From: Thermoanaerobaculia bacterium
Lineage (GTDB): Bacteria > Acidobacteriota > Thermoanaerobaculia > Multivoradales > UBA5704
DNA: 38,763 nt
Reading direction: 5' to 3'
NCBI GenBank assembly: GCA_044226625.1
Contig: JBGAGQ010000057.1
Span: 1 to 38,763, forward strand
A program made the position numbers and the translations under genes. This document shows, in pieces, positions 17,250 to 26,544 of the stretch. The notes beneath the pieces are model-generated. The model ran no database searches and was not told the DNA's origin. It saw only the letters and a list, made by a program, of their open reading frames with translations. Numbering within the stretch: the stretch's first letter is position 1; the number at the start of each line of letters is the position of its first letter.

Positions 17250-19723
17250 CGGGGATCTCCGCGCAGGAACTCGATCCCGCCGAGCTGCGGCGCGCCCGCG
17301 GCGCTATCGGCGCGGACGATTTCCAGAGGCTCCGGCTGGATTCGGCCGCTTGCGATTTCGCCGCGCGGCGGTTGTCCCCATCGGCCGAAGCGCAACACGT
17401 CGACCCGTTCGACGCCCGAGACCGCGGTCGCCTGGGCGATCACGGAGGAGAGGAAGACCGGCTGGCCGAACGTGAAACGATCGGGGGAAAAGTACCCCGC
17501 CGGATCGACCGCCGAAAAGGCCAGCGTGAGCGCGCGCTGGACGTCGATCCAGGGCACGCTCGGGCGGCGGTGGACGGTGAGCGCGATGTCGAGCGGTAGG
17601 TAGCGGGGCGCGAGGATGCGCAGCGCGGTTCCGGCGAGCACCCGCGGCTCGAGGTAGGCGTCTAGGCTCGCCCGGAAATAGGGGTCGAACGGCCGCCCCC
17701 CCTCGCGCTCGACGAAGACGAACGCGGTGGTCCAGCTGCCGGTCCAGACCAGGCTGGCCGCGGCTCGGCGTACACCGGGGAAGCTCTCGGCGGCGTCGAC
17801 GAAATCAGCCTCGGTTACGCAGCGCTCCTGCGCGGCGAGCGCCTGGGGGGCGAGCAACCGGATGCGGTCCTCGCTCTCCGGATTGGTGCCGCCGACCGCT
17901 TGGAGCGGATTGCCCACCCCTTGGACCCCGGCCATCTCGAGCCGGTTGATGGTTCCGGGCCCGAGGTTGCCGTCCGCTCCCAGGCCGATTCGATAGGTGG
18001 CGCGGAATCGGGTGCCGGCGAGCGGCCGGCGCCCGAACTGTCCGTCACCGAAGCGCAGACTCGCCGTGCCGTCGCTCTCGACCTCGACCACGAAGGTGTC
18101 GGAAAAAGGGCCCGAGGAGAGCAGGTCGGGGACCGGGCGCCAGGTCGCGATCGAATCGCCTTCGGCGGAGAGCTCCAGCAGCTCGACCTGCGGCACGGCC
18201 CAGCGGGTCTTGGGGTGCAGGAAATCGATCGCCGGCAGGCGTCGCGCGGCGACCGGGTCGAAGGGCGACGCCTGGGTCACCCAGCGGTTGCCGAGCGAAG
18301 GGGCGTAGTCGATCGCCGGGAGAACGTCCTGGAGCATCTCGGTTACGGTCTGCCCCTGGTCGATCGGAACCAGATTGCCGAGCACCACCGCGAGGTCGCT
18401 ATGGAGCGTGCCGCCGATCCGCCCGGCGATGGTCAGCGGGGCGGGCAGGGCGTCGCCCGCAAACCAGGCCACCTCGGTGATCTCGGTGCCGAACGTCGGG
18501 TCGGTCGTGCACCTCGGCTTGTGGGCCAGGCGGACCGGATGGCCCAACGGCGCGTTCTTGGCGGTGTCGAGCGCGGTCGACTCGACCGGCGCCAGGATCA
18601 GCACGTCGCCCGCTTCGAGGTCGGGGAAGCTGCCGGTGAGCGCCGCCGAGGTGGTTCCCGCGGGCAGAGTGAGCTCCATGGCGCCCCAGGTGTAGAGAGG
18701 CATCACGAGATGCTCGGCGACGACCAGGGTGTCAGCCATGACCTCGAAGGTGTTGCTGCTGGGCAGCCGGTTCGCGTCGGGGCCGTACGACTCCTCGTGC
18801 ACCGGCGCCCCCGCGACCGCGATCGATGAGGGCGCGCCGCGGCCCTCGGCGTAAACCGGCGTGCCGCGTTTCAAGGTCAGCTTCTTCGCGTCGGGCGAGA
18901 CGTCCACCTGGAGCCAGGTCCGCGCGTTCGCGCCGTTGCCGATCGAATAATCGAGCAGCCGGGCGTGGCGTGCGAGAGAGACCCTGCGCCGCGCGGTGCC
19001 GAGATAGGCCTCGGTCGCCACGGCGTCCTGGAAGTAGGAGAGATTGTCGGCCGCGTAGGCGAGGACCTCGATTACGGCGATGCCATAGTCCGAGGGATTG
19101 CGCTCCGTCCAACTCGGAACCGCGAGTGTCATCCTCTCGAGCATCAGGCGCCGGAAGCTCTCGTAATCCTTGGCCAGGTAGTCGATAGCCGCCGGCTCGA
19201 CCTCTTTCGATTTCACCGTCGGCACGGACTGCTCGGGTGGCGGCGGCGTCCCGTCGAGCGTGAACGACGCCTCGCCGAAGAAGCGATCGACGTTCGGCAC
19301 CCCGAACAGGGAGAGCGTGTAGACGAGGCCCGGTCCGAACGCGCCTTCGGGGCCGAGCGGCTGCGGCTCGAGCCGCTCCGCGACCAGCGGCAGCACGTTC
19401 GCCGCGTTGGCCTCCCTGCCGATCGAAGCGTCGCGGATCCCGACGATCCGGAGCCCGGGATCGCCGCCGCCCGCGACCGAGACCTTGAAATTGTTCGTGG
19501 TGAGGCCGGGAGGGATCGGGTCTTTTGTTGCCGCCACCGGCGCGGACGGCACGAAATAGAGCAGGAGGACAAAGCGGTCGGCCGCCGCGGGCGCCCCGTC
19601 GGGACCCGTTGACAGCTGCCGCTGCGCTTCGACGTGATCGAGCCCGCGCACGGTGGCGCTATGAGCGATCGCCAGCCGGCGGCGGTCGCGTAGCGAATGC
19701 GGCACCGTGCGCGGATCGATCAT
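17246..19723 (-). CDS. eCIS baseplate assembly protein (baseplate J-like)
   Basis: 'IDYLAKDYESFRRLML', 'W.ERNPSD.GIA.IEVLAYAAD.LSYFQDAVATEAYLGTA', 'LRFGDGQFGRRP', 'QERCVTEADF', 'WTGSW'. Start reassigned to ATG 19723, which overlaps the gp25 stop. Confidence 0.88.
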   Translation of the reverse strand: MIDPRTVPHSLRDRRRLAIAHSATVRGLDHVEAQRQLSTGPDGAPAAADRFVLLLYFVPSAPVAATKDPIPPGLTTNNFKVSVAGGGDPGLRIVGIRDASIGREANAANVLPLVAERLEPQPLGPEGAFGPGLVYTLSLFGVPNVDRFFGEASFTLDGTPPPPEQSVPTVKSKEVEPAAIDYLAKDYESFRRLMLERMTLAVPSWTERNPSDYGIAVIEVLAYAADNLSYFQDAVATEAYLGTARRRVSLARHARLLDYSIGNGANARTWLQVDVSPDAKKLTLKRGTPVYAEGRGAPSSIAVAGAPVHEESYGPDANRLPSSNTFEVMADTLVVAEHLVMPLYTWGAMELTLPAGTTSAALTGSFPDLEAGDVLILAPVESTALDTAKNAPLGHPVRLAHKPRCTTDPTFGTEITEVAWFAGDALPAPLTIAGRIGGTLHSDLAVVLGNLVPIDQGQTVTEMLQDVLPAIDYAPSLGNRWVTQASPFDPVAARRLPAIDFLHPKTRWAVPQVELLELSAEGDSIATWRPVPDLLSSGPFSDTFVVEVESDGTASLRFGDGQFGRRPLAGTRFRATYRIGLGADGNLGPGTINRLEMAGVQGVGNPLQAVGGTNPESEDRIRLLAPQALAAQERCVTEADFVDAAESFPGVRRAAASLVWTGSWTTAFVFVEREGGRPFDPYFRASLDAYLEPRVLAGTALRILAPRYLPLDIALTVHRRPSVPWIDVQRALTLAFSAVDPAGYFSPDRFTFGQPVFLSSVIAQATAVSGVERVDVLRFGRWGQPPRGEIASGRIQPEPLEIVRADSAAGAPQLGGIEFLRGDPR

Positions 19724-20082
19724 CGCGCCCTCGGACGGATGAAGCGGCTGCGGAATGTGCGTTGACTCTGCCGGATCTGGTAGGTGACGTCGATCGTGAG
19801 GTCGCTCTGAGTGAAGTTGAGGTCGACCCCATCCACCTGGATCAGCTGACCGAGCCACTGTTGCAGCTGCCCCTGGACCAGGAAGCGGGTCGCCGCGAGC
19901 AGCTCGTCGCTCGCCGGGGCGAAGATCAGCCGTATCAGCCCGGCGCCGAAGGTCGGCCGGTTCACCCGTTCGCCCGGTGCGGTGAACAGCACCTGCTCGA
20001 TCATCTGGCGGATGTGCAGCTCGTAGCTGGTCTCCGCCACTCGGCCCCGGCCGTCGATGTGGAAGGGAAAATCGATCTGCAT
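19720..20082 (-). CDS. GPW/gp25 family baseplate protein (Afp9-like)
   Basis: 'FPF', 'HIRQMIEQVLFTAPGERVNRPTFG' gp25 signature. Confidence 0.93.
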   Translation of the reverse strand: MQIDFPFHIDGRGRVAETSYELHIRQMIEQVLFTAPGERVNRPTFGAGLIRLIFAPASDELLAATRFLVQGQLQQWLGQLIQVDGVDLNFTQSDLTIDVTYQIRQSQRTFRSRFIRPRAR

Positions 20083-20119
20083 GAGGTCGGCGCCGTTCTC
20101 GAGACGTCCCCCGCGCGCC

Positions 20120-21181
20120 CTAGATCACGATCGGCTGCAGGCCGTCGATCAGGAGGTCGCCGTTGACCTCGACCACGCCGTTGAGCATCTGGGTCACGGC
20201 CGTGGTCATGACGTCGGCGATCGCGGTGATCTGGATCGCGGCGCCGCCGGTGACCGCGACGTCCGCTCCGGCGGTGACCTCGACGGCCGCGCCGCCGGTG
20301 ACCGCGACGTCCGCTCCACCCGTGACTTCGACCGCCCCGCCGCCGGTGACCGCCACGTCACCTCCGCCCGTGACCTCCACCGCTCCGCCGCCGGTGACCG
20401 CCACGTCGCCTCCTCCGGTCACCTCGACCGCTCCGCCGCCGGTGACCGCCACGTCGCCGCCGCCCGTCACCTCGACCGCTCCGGCTCCCTCGATCGAGAC
20501 GTTCGCGCCGCTCGCGAGGTTCACCTCGCCTCCCGCTTCGAGCGAGGCCGCTCCTTCGGCCGAGGCGTTCAGCGCCACACCGTTGATCTCGATCCCGGCC
20601 TCGCTCATCGCGATCACGCTCGGACCGACGGTGAGCGTGATCCCTTCCTCGGGATTGATCAGGATGTTCGAGACGCCGCACTGGATCTCGATTCCGGCCG
20701 AATTGGCGAGCACGGTGATCGGCACCGCGACCGCCGGGTCGATGATGTTGAAGATCATGCCGCCGACTTCCGGCGTGTCGTTGAAGAGCAGGGTGCAGAA
20801 GTCGGTGCGCCACGCCTTGACCAGCGCCGGATCCTCGGGCGAGAGCGCCTGGACGAACGCCGCTTCTCCTTCTTCCCAGAAGCAGCCGGACCAGATCGGG
20901 TGATCGGGATTGCCTCCTTCGAACTCGATCCAGACGTTGCTGCCGATCGGCGGGATCGACCAGAAGCCGACTTCGAGCCCTGCGTACGGAGCGCACGGAA
21001 GCGCCCAGTTGATCAGCGAGCCTTGCACCGCGGGGACGTAGGCAAGGATCCGTCCCAGCCCGAACAGGTCGATGTTGTCGAGCACGGTGCCGCGGAATTT
21101 GCCGAAGAATGTTCCGCGCTTGGCGAACTGACCCCCGGTGTGGGCGGCGGGATTGGGTGTGGTGACGGCTTGGTGCGACAT
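20120..21181 (-). CDS. Spike protein: gp5/gpV OB-fold plus beta-helix repeats (C-terminal half of a split VgrG/Afp8)
   Basis: 'FFGKFRGTVLDNID..GLGRI...VP.V....NWA.PC.P', 'PPIGSNVWIEFEGGNPDHPIWSGCFW', then 8-residue beta-strand repeats. Confidence 0.88.
   Translation of the reverse strand: MSHQAVTTPNPAAHTGGQFAKRGTFFGKFRGTVLDNIDLFGLGRILAYVPAVQGSLINWALPCAPYAGLEVGFWSIPPIGSNVWIEFEGGNPDHPIWSGCFWEEGEAAFVQALSPEDPALVKAWRTDFCTLLFNDTPEVGGMIFNIIDPAVAVPITVLANSAGIEIQCGVSNILINPEEGITLTVGPSVIAMSEAGIEINGVALNASAEGAASLEAGGEVNLASGANVSIEGAGAVEVTGGGDVAVTGGGAVEVTGGGDVAVTGGGAVEVTGGGDVAVTGGGAVEVTGGADVAVTGGAAVEVTAGADVAVTGGAAIQITAIADVMTTAVTQMLNGVVEVNGDLLIDGLQPIVI
20240..20479 (-). repeat. Five tandem 48-bp coding repeats (AVEVTGGGDVAVTGGG) in the spike gene
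   Basis: Read directly: three identical 16-aa units and two variants, each made of two 8-aa halves. Confidence 0.9.
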
Positions 21182-21214
21182 GGGAGCTCTCTCTCGGTCG
21201 TTCGGGCGGAAGCC

Positions 21215-22405
21215 TCAGACTTCTTGGATCGTGCTGCCGGTCCCCTCGCGGGCCAGCTTGAAGGTCTGCTTGTAATCCCAGTCGCCTCGGCGGCTGGTGA
21301 TCTTGTGAGTCACGCTGCGAACGCTATAGAGGCCATCGTAGGACATTCCGGCGCCGCGCACCGGCACGACGCCTGGAGCCGAGAGGATCGCGCCGTAGCG
21401 CGTGACGTCGAGCTCCCCTTCGCAGGTCACCACCTCGTCGGTCGACAGGTTGAGGGTCGCCTGTGCCTCGGCCATCGATTGCGGCCACTGCAAGCCCGCT
21501 CCCTGAAACAGCGCGCCGCGGGTCTCGAGCTCCAGGATGTTGGCGATCGCCGAGATCGGATTCGGGATGATGCCGAGGATCGAGTCGCCCACCGCCGGAT
21601 CGGTGGCGAGCGGCGGCGTGCGGGTCGACGACGCGGCGACCACCGGAAGCGGAATGTAAGGATCGATCATCGTCTCGAGGTCGAGGCCGTAGACCAGCGT
21701 CGGGGCGAGCGCGTTGTATGAGAACTGCATCGAGTTCACGTTGGTGCCCGGGCCCATGTCTACGGAGAGCGCCGGCTGCGGCGCGCCCGAACGGATCGGC
21801 GGACCGAAGTAAGCGACGTTCATCCCCGGGATCTCGGACGGCCGGACGAAGAAGACGAAGCCGTTCCTCAGCGCGAGCACCTTCAGATAGTCGAGGTCGG
21901 TCGAGTTCTGCTGCGGCACGTATTCGAACGGCAGGATGCTGCCGATCGTCGGCCACACCTCAGGGAGGACGCCGAGCAGGATGTATTTCGCGAGCACCAG
22001 CTCGGCGATCAGGAAGTCGCCCATCGCCGGATATTCGAGCGACAGCTCGAATAGGTTCATCTTGCAACTGATGTCCTCGCCCATCACGGTGAGCAGCGAC
22101 GCGCCGGGGGAAACTCCCGGGACCAGCTGGACCTGCGTGATGAAGCCATCCATGAGAACGGAGGAAAGACCGTTGACGGCGGCCGAGATGCGCACCCGCG
22201 TCCACGGCTTGAGCGTCTCGATCAGCGGGTAATCGTCGCCCGAGCTCTGACGCGCGGCGGCGAAGGTCATCTGGAATCCCGACGGTGCCTCGGTCGCGCT
22301 GCGGTTGATCTCGATCCCCTGGAGCGCGGTCATCACCGACGAAGGCGCCGGGGAAGGGATGGTGCCGCCGATCGAGATCGACAGCTGGATCCGTTGGAGC
22401 TCCAT
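21215..22405 (-). CDS. Baseplate hub protein (phage late-control D/gp27-like; N-terminal half of a split VgrG/Afp8)
   Basis: 'LMDGFIT', 'LTVMGEDIS', 'QQNSTDLDYLKVLALRNGFVFFV', 'V.VRGAG..YDGLY.V.SVTHKI'; lies immediately upstream of the spike gene. Confidence 0.8.
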   Translation of the reverse strand: MELQRIQLSISIGGTIPSPAPSSVMTALQGIEINRSATEAPSGFQMTFAAARQSSGDDYPLIETLKPWTRVRISAAVNGLSSVLMDGFITQVQLVPGVSPGASLLTVMGEDISCKMNLFELSLEYPAMGDFLIAELVLAKYILLGVLPEVWPTIGSILPFEYVPQQNSTDLDYLKVLALRNGFVFFVRPSEIPGMNVAYFGPPIRSGAPQPALSVDMGPGTNVNSMQFSYNALAPTLVYGLDLETMIDPYIPLPVVAASSTRTPPLATDPAVGDSILGIIPNPISAIANILELETRGALFQGAGLQWPQSMAEAQATLNLSTDEVVTCEGELDVTRYGAILSAPGVVPVRGAGMSYDGLYSVRSVTHKITSRRGDWDYKQTFKLAREGTGSTIQEV

Positions 22406-22427
22406 GGCGCGCTGGGGCCGACCTCGC

Positions 22428-22715
22428 TCAGGAGGTCGGTCGCGGCACGGTGAGCACCCGGCCGGTGACCACCAGGGTGAAGGGATCGAGCGCGGCGTTG
22501 GCGTCGGCGATGCGCCACCAGAGCTCTGGCTTGCCGAGCGTGCGGTAAGAGATCAGGTCGATCCGGTCGCGCTGTCCGACCGTCGCCAGAGTGAGCGGCA
22601 GCATGCTCTCGGGAGGCGGGCAGAAACGCCGCTTCTTGTAGACGATCGTCTCGCCGTTCGGCTGGGTGTAGGTCGCGTTGCCGATGTTGGCGTAGCGGCT
22701 GGTGGGATCGAACAT
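22428..22715 (-). CDS. LysM-like/gpX-like small baseplate protein
   Basis: 'MFDPTSRY', 'DRIDLISYRTLGKPELWWRIADAN', 'GRVLTVP'. Confidence 0.85.
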   Translation of the reverse strand: MFDPTSRYANIGNATYTQPNGETIVYKKRRFCPPPESMLPLTLATVGQRDRIDLISYRTLGKPELWWRIADANAALDPFTLVVTGRVLTVPRPTS

Positions 22716-22730
22716 GGCGACTGTCTCTCT

Positions 22731-23399
22731 CTAGAGCTGAGTCGGATCGACGCCGATCGTCGCGCGGGCGCTGCTCGCGGGGGTCTGGGCGAGCGGCGCC
22801 AGCCGCTCGAGCTCCTGCTGGTAGACGAGGAACAGGTGGTAGTCCGGGTCGGTCGCCGGCACGTCGGAGTAGGACAGCACGCGCAACGATAGGTTAACCG
22901 TCGCGCGCAGTGGATTGAGCGAGGTGTCGAACAGCTCCTCGGTCACGTCGTAGCTCTGGAGCCGGACCGGCAACACCCGGTTCGGCCCCCAGACGAACAA
23001 GGTGCGCGGCTGGGTCATCGGCACGATCTCGAGCGAGCCCGAGGCGAGCAACGCCTCGGTCTGCACCACCTGGAGCGAGGTCGGATAGATCAGCAGCTCG
23101 AGCGCCGCGAGCTGGGGCAAGATTCCGACGGTCTGCGCCACGGTGCTGCCCGCGCTCAATTGATCGGAGGCGTCGATCTGGACCTCGACGCTGACCGTTT
23201 CGGCGGGAGCGCCCGCGTAGCGCGGCAGCTCCGTGCGGTCCCCCGGCTGGCCGCCCACGGTGAACGGCTCGAGTTGTCGCCGCATCGTGGCGGGGTTGTA
23301 CTGGAAGGCGACGACCGACACCTGCTGCGTCGTGTCGTCGATCGTCACGAGAGCCCCTTTGAGCAGTGGGATCTGGAGCGGCGGCGGCGGTAGCGACAT
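22731..23399 (-). CDS. CIS tube-initiator protein (Afp7 N-terminal-like)
   Basis: 'FQYNPATMRR', 'LFVWGPNRVLPVRL.S..VTEELFD..LNPLRATV.L.L'; ATG 23399 preferred over TTG 23444 because of an upstream AGGA. Confidence 0.8.
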   Translation of the reverse strand: MSLPPPPLQIPLLKGALVTIDDTTQQVSVVAFQYNPATMRRQLEPFTVGGQPGDRTELPRYAGAPAETVSVEVQIDASDQLSAGSTVAQTVGILPQLAALELLIYPTSLQVVQTEALLASGSLEIVPMTQPRTLFVWGPNRVLPVRLQSYDVTEELFDTSLNPLRATVNLSLRVLSYSDVPATDPDYHLFLVYQQELERLAPLAQTPASSARATIGVDPTQL

Positions 23400-23447
23400 T
23401 GTGGTGGGTCCTCGTCTCGTGTCGTCGGATCTCGGGTCGGGCAAGGC

Positions 23448-24098
23448 CTAGGAAGGGGCACTCGCGCCCGCCGGCGGAGCCGGTGCGGCGGCGGGTGCTC
23501 CAGCGGCGGCCGGCGCCGAGGAAGCCGGGGCGGAGGAGGCGAGAGAGTCGTGCACGCCGCCAGCCGCCGCGCGGGCGCCGGCCGCCTCGGCCTCGGCCTC
23601 GAGCTTCGGATCGTCGTTGATCGGCGCTCCGGCGCCGACCGGCGAGGCGACGCGCCCTTGCGCCTGCTGCACCACGTGCGCGAGCTCGTGGCCGAGCAGG
23701 CGTTGGCCCGGGCCGCTGGTCGGATCGTAGGCGCCGCGCTGGAAATGGAGATCGGTCCCGCGCGTATACGCGAGAGCGCCGACCGACTCGGCCTCCTCCC
23801 CCTGGTGGATGCGGACGCGCGAGAGATCGGAGCCGAGCGCGCGCTCCATCTTCGTCCGCACGAGGCTCGGCAGCGGGCTGCCGCCGCCTCCGGCTTTCGG
23901 CGGATCGGGGTGGCGCGAGGCCCGCTGCACGGGAGGCAGGCGGGCGAAGTCGTGGCCGAGCCGCTCGGCCGTCTCGAGCTGGAGGCCCGGTCTCGGCCCC
24001 GGGTCGGATGCCGGTGTTTTCGCCCGCGCCTCCCCCTTCGGAGTATCGGGCATCGAAGGCTTGGGCGCTTTCGGCGTCCGGGTGCTCTGGTAGCTCAC
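23448..24098 (-). CDS. DUF4157 (eCIS core domain) protein
   Basis: 'PLP..VR.KME.ALG.DLSRVRIH', 'ALAYTRGTDLHF..GAYDP', 'LLGHELAHVVQQ' (HExxH), 'LEAEA'. Confidence 0.92.
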   Translation of the reverse strand: MSYQSTRTPKAPKPSMPDTPKGEARAKTPASDPGPRPGLQLETAERLGHDFARLPPVQRASRHPDPPKAGGGGSPLPSLVRTKMERALGSDLSRVRIHQGEEAESVGALAYTRGTDLHFQRGAYDPTSGPGQRLLGHELAHVVQQAQGRVASPVGAGAPINDDPKLEAEAEAAGARAAAGGVHDSLASSAPASSAPAAAGAPAAAPAPPAGASAPS

Positions 24099-24502
24099 GA
24101 GCTTCGCCTCGCGGGAGCGCTCAGATCCACGGGGAGGGCGATCTCACCTCCGTGTGCGCGTGAGGCGATACGGAGAGCGAGCTCGCGTGCGGCGGTGGTG
24201 CCGACGACGGACGACGCCGTGCGCGGCGGCAGGTCGATCCGGGCCTGGTCGAGGTGGAGGATGCCGCCGCGCGCCAGCGCGCTGCCTGAAAACAACTCGG
24301 GACCATGTTCGGCGAGCTGCGCCGCGAGCTCACGCTCGAGGTCTTCGCGAATCCGTGCCGCAGCGGCCGGCGCGACGCCGTCGAGCACCAGCTCTCCGAT
24401 CGCCAGGTCGAATCGGAGATCGGACCTGGGATCGGAGGAGCGGCCCGCGGTAGGGCTCGATTTTCCTCGCACTGGCTTCATCGGTCGCATCGCGTGCTTC
24501 AA
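24095..24502 (-). CDS. Small eCIS-associated hypothetical protein
   Basis: Coupled by 4-nt overlaps to both neighbours; 'LAIGELVLDGV...IREDLERELA' resembles the small proteins commonly following eCIS ATPases. Start codon uncertain. Confidence 0.65.
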   Translation of the reverse strand: MKHAMRPMKPVRGKSSPTAGRSSDPRSDLRFDLAIGELVLDGVAPAAAARIREDLERELAAQLAEHGPELFSGSALARGGILHLDQARIDLPPRTASSVVGTTAARELALRIASRAHGGEIALPVDLSAPARRSS

Positions 24503-26544
24503 ACCCAGTCGCGCGTTTCGGCGTCGGTGAGCGGCCGTCCGACCTTGATCAGCTCGATGCGCGCGGCCTCGAGCAGATGGGCCATGCGCACGGGAGACCC
24601 TTCGGCGGCGGCCAAGAATGCGGCGGAAAGCGCAATGTTGCGAATGTTACCCCCGGAAACGTTCAGGCGCGAAAGCTTTTCCACGTCGAGGCCCTCGGTG
24701 GGCGTCGTCGCCGGGAAGGCCCGGCGCCAGATGCCCGCCCGCTGGTCGGCGTCGGGGAACGGAAACTGCACCATGAAGCGCAGCCGGCGCAGGAACGCCG
24801 GATCGAGCGCGTCTTTGAGGTTGCTGGTGAGGATCGCGAGCCCCCGGTACGACTCCATCCGCTGCAGGAGATAGCTCACCTCGATGTTGGCGTGGCGATC
24901 GTGGCTGTCCTTGACCTCGCTCCGCTTGCCGAACAGCGCGTCGGCCTCGTCGAACAGGAGGATCGCACCCCCTTCCTCGGCGGCGTCGAACACCCGGCGG
25001 AGATTTTTCTCGGTCTCGCCGATGTATTTGCTCACCGTGATCGCGAGGTCGATCCGGTAGAGGTCGAGCTTCAATTCCCCCGCGAGCACCTCGGCCGCGA
25101 GCGTCTTGCCCGTGCCGCTCGGGCCGGAAAACAGCGCCGAGACGCCGCGCCCCCGCCAGCCCCCCTCGCCCATTCCCCATTTCTCGTGCACCGTGGTGCG
25201 CTGGCCGATGTGGGCGGCGATGGTCGCGATCAGGTTGCGCTCGCGCGGTGGCAGGATCAGGTCGTCCCAGCCGGCGGAGGGCTCGATGCGCTGGGCGAGG
25301 TCGTCCAACCGGGGGCGCGCCTGCTCGCGGCAGGCGTGCCAAAGCGCCGCGGCGACTTCCTCGCCGCTCGGAGTGGCTTCTCCGTCGCCTTCTCTTGCGC
25401 CTTGTTCGTTCCCGTCGACCGGGGAGCCGAGCACGCCCAGGGCTGCAGCGGCCGCAGCTTCCAGGCGCGGCGCCGGCAGGTCGAACTGCTCGGCGACGTT
25501 CTCGATCGTCGCCGTGAGATCGAGGCCGGGGATAGCGGAAAGGCGATCGCGCCAGAGCTCGCGCTGTTCGGGGCCGCTGGGCCGTTCGACGTCGATCGCG
25601 ATCAGCGGGCGCTCGCGCCCGCGCCGCCGCTCGCGCGAGGCGAGGAACAGGGGGCCGTCGAGCCGTTCGACGAAGCGTTGGAGGGCAGACTCGCGCGCGC
25701 CGTCCGTCCCGGGGTCGATCTCCGTGGCGTCGATCAACAGGGCGCCCGAGCCGAGCATCATCTCGCGCTGCCAAAGCCGGAGCAGGTCGTCCAGCTCGCG
25801 CGGCGCGGTAGGGAGGGCCTCGGCGCTCATCGCGACCAGTTCGAGCTCCAGCCGGTCGCAGACCGCGGCGGCGACCGCTCGCCGGCTCGCCGGATCGGGG
25901 CCGCAGAGCTGGATCGCCGGAAGCCCGCCGCGGGGCGCGGCATCGGTCCAGATCGAGGCGATCCGGTCGGCCAGCAGGCGATGGGAGGGCACGAGCGGTC
26001 CACTCGGATGAACCGGATCGGACAGGTGCTGCAGCCGAGCGTCTCGATGATCCACCCCGGCGAGGAAATGGAGGATCCGCTCGTCGATCTCGAGCCGGCT
26101 CGCGGCGAGGCCCCCGCCTCCTCCGCTCTGGACCTCGATCAACCGCCAGCGGCGGAGCGGAGCCTCCGGCGACAGCTCGGCCCAGGCGGCGCCGGGGAGG
26201 GCGGCGAGCGCCAGCCCGAACGTCGGAAAGGCGCGCTGAGGATCGCCTTGCGCCCGGGCGCAGAGCGGGGCGAACCGAGCGTCCAGCTCGATTCCTGCGG
26301 CGAGCGCGAGCAGCGCCCGGGCGAACGGCGAGAGGTCGAAGAGGTCGGCGACGATCTCGAGCGCCGGCGGGGCGTCCGGAAACGGCCAGGGCCTCACGGC
26401 GTGCGGCGCGGCCGCGGGCGGCGGCTCCGAGCGATCCTCCGGTTCCGCGTTCGGATCGTCGCGCCGGGCATGCGATTCGAGCGCTTCGCGAACCGCGCCG
26501 AGGACGCTCGCGAGATAGCTCTGGTTCGCTTCCGCCCAGCTCAC
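24499..26544 (-). CDS. eCIS AAA+ ATPase (Afp15/Pvc15-like)
   Basis: Walker A GPSGTGKT, 'VSKYIGETEKNL', Walker B 'LLFDEADALFGKR', 'AFLRRLRF'; N-terminal winged-helix-like region. Start reassigned to GTG 26544, overlapping the DUF4255 stop (GTGA). Confidence 0.93.
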   Translation of the reverse strand: MSWAEANQSYLASVLGAVREALESHARRDDPNAEPEDRSEPPPAAAPHAVRPWPFPDAPPALEIVADLFDLSPFARALLALAAGIELDARFAPLCARAQGDPQRAFPTFGLALAALPGAAWAELSPEAPLRRWRLIEVQSGGGGGLAASRLEIDERILHFLAGVDHRDARLQHLSDPVHPSGPLVPSHRLLADRIASIWTDAAPRGGLPAIQLCGPDPASRRAVAAAVCDRLELELVAMSAEALPTAPRELDDLLRLWQREMMLGSGALLIDATEIDPGTDGARESALQRFVERLDGPLFLASRERRRGRERPLIAIDVERPSGPEQRELWRDRLSAIPGLDLTATIENVAEQFDLPAPRLEAAAAAALGVLGSPVDGNEQGAREGDGEATPSGEEVAAALWHACREQARPRLDDLAQRIEPSAGWDDLILPPRERNLIATIAAHIGQRTTVHEKWGMGEGGWRGRGVSALFSGPSGTGKTLAAEVLAGELKLDLYRIDLAITVSKYIGETEKNLRRVFDAAEEGGAILLFDEADALFGKRSEVKDSHDRHANIEVSYLLQRMESYRGLAILTSNLKDALDPAFLRRLRFMVQFPFPDADQRAGIWRRAFPATTPTEGLDVEKLSRLNVSGGNIRNIALSAAFLAAAEGSPVRMAHLLEAARIELIKVGRPLTDAETRDWV

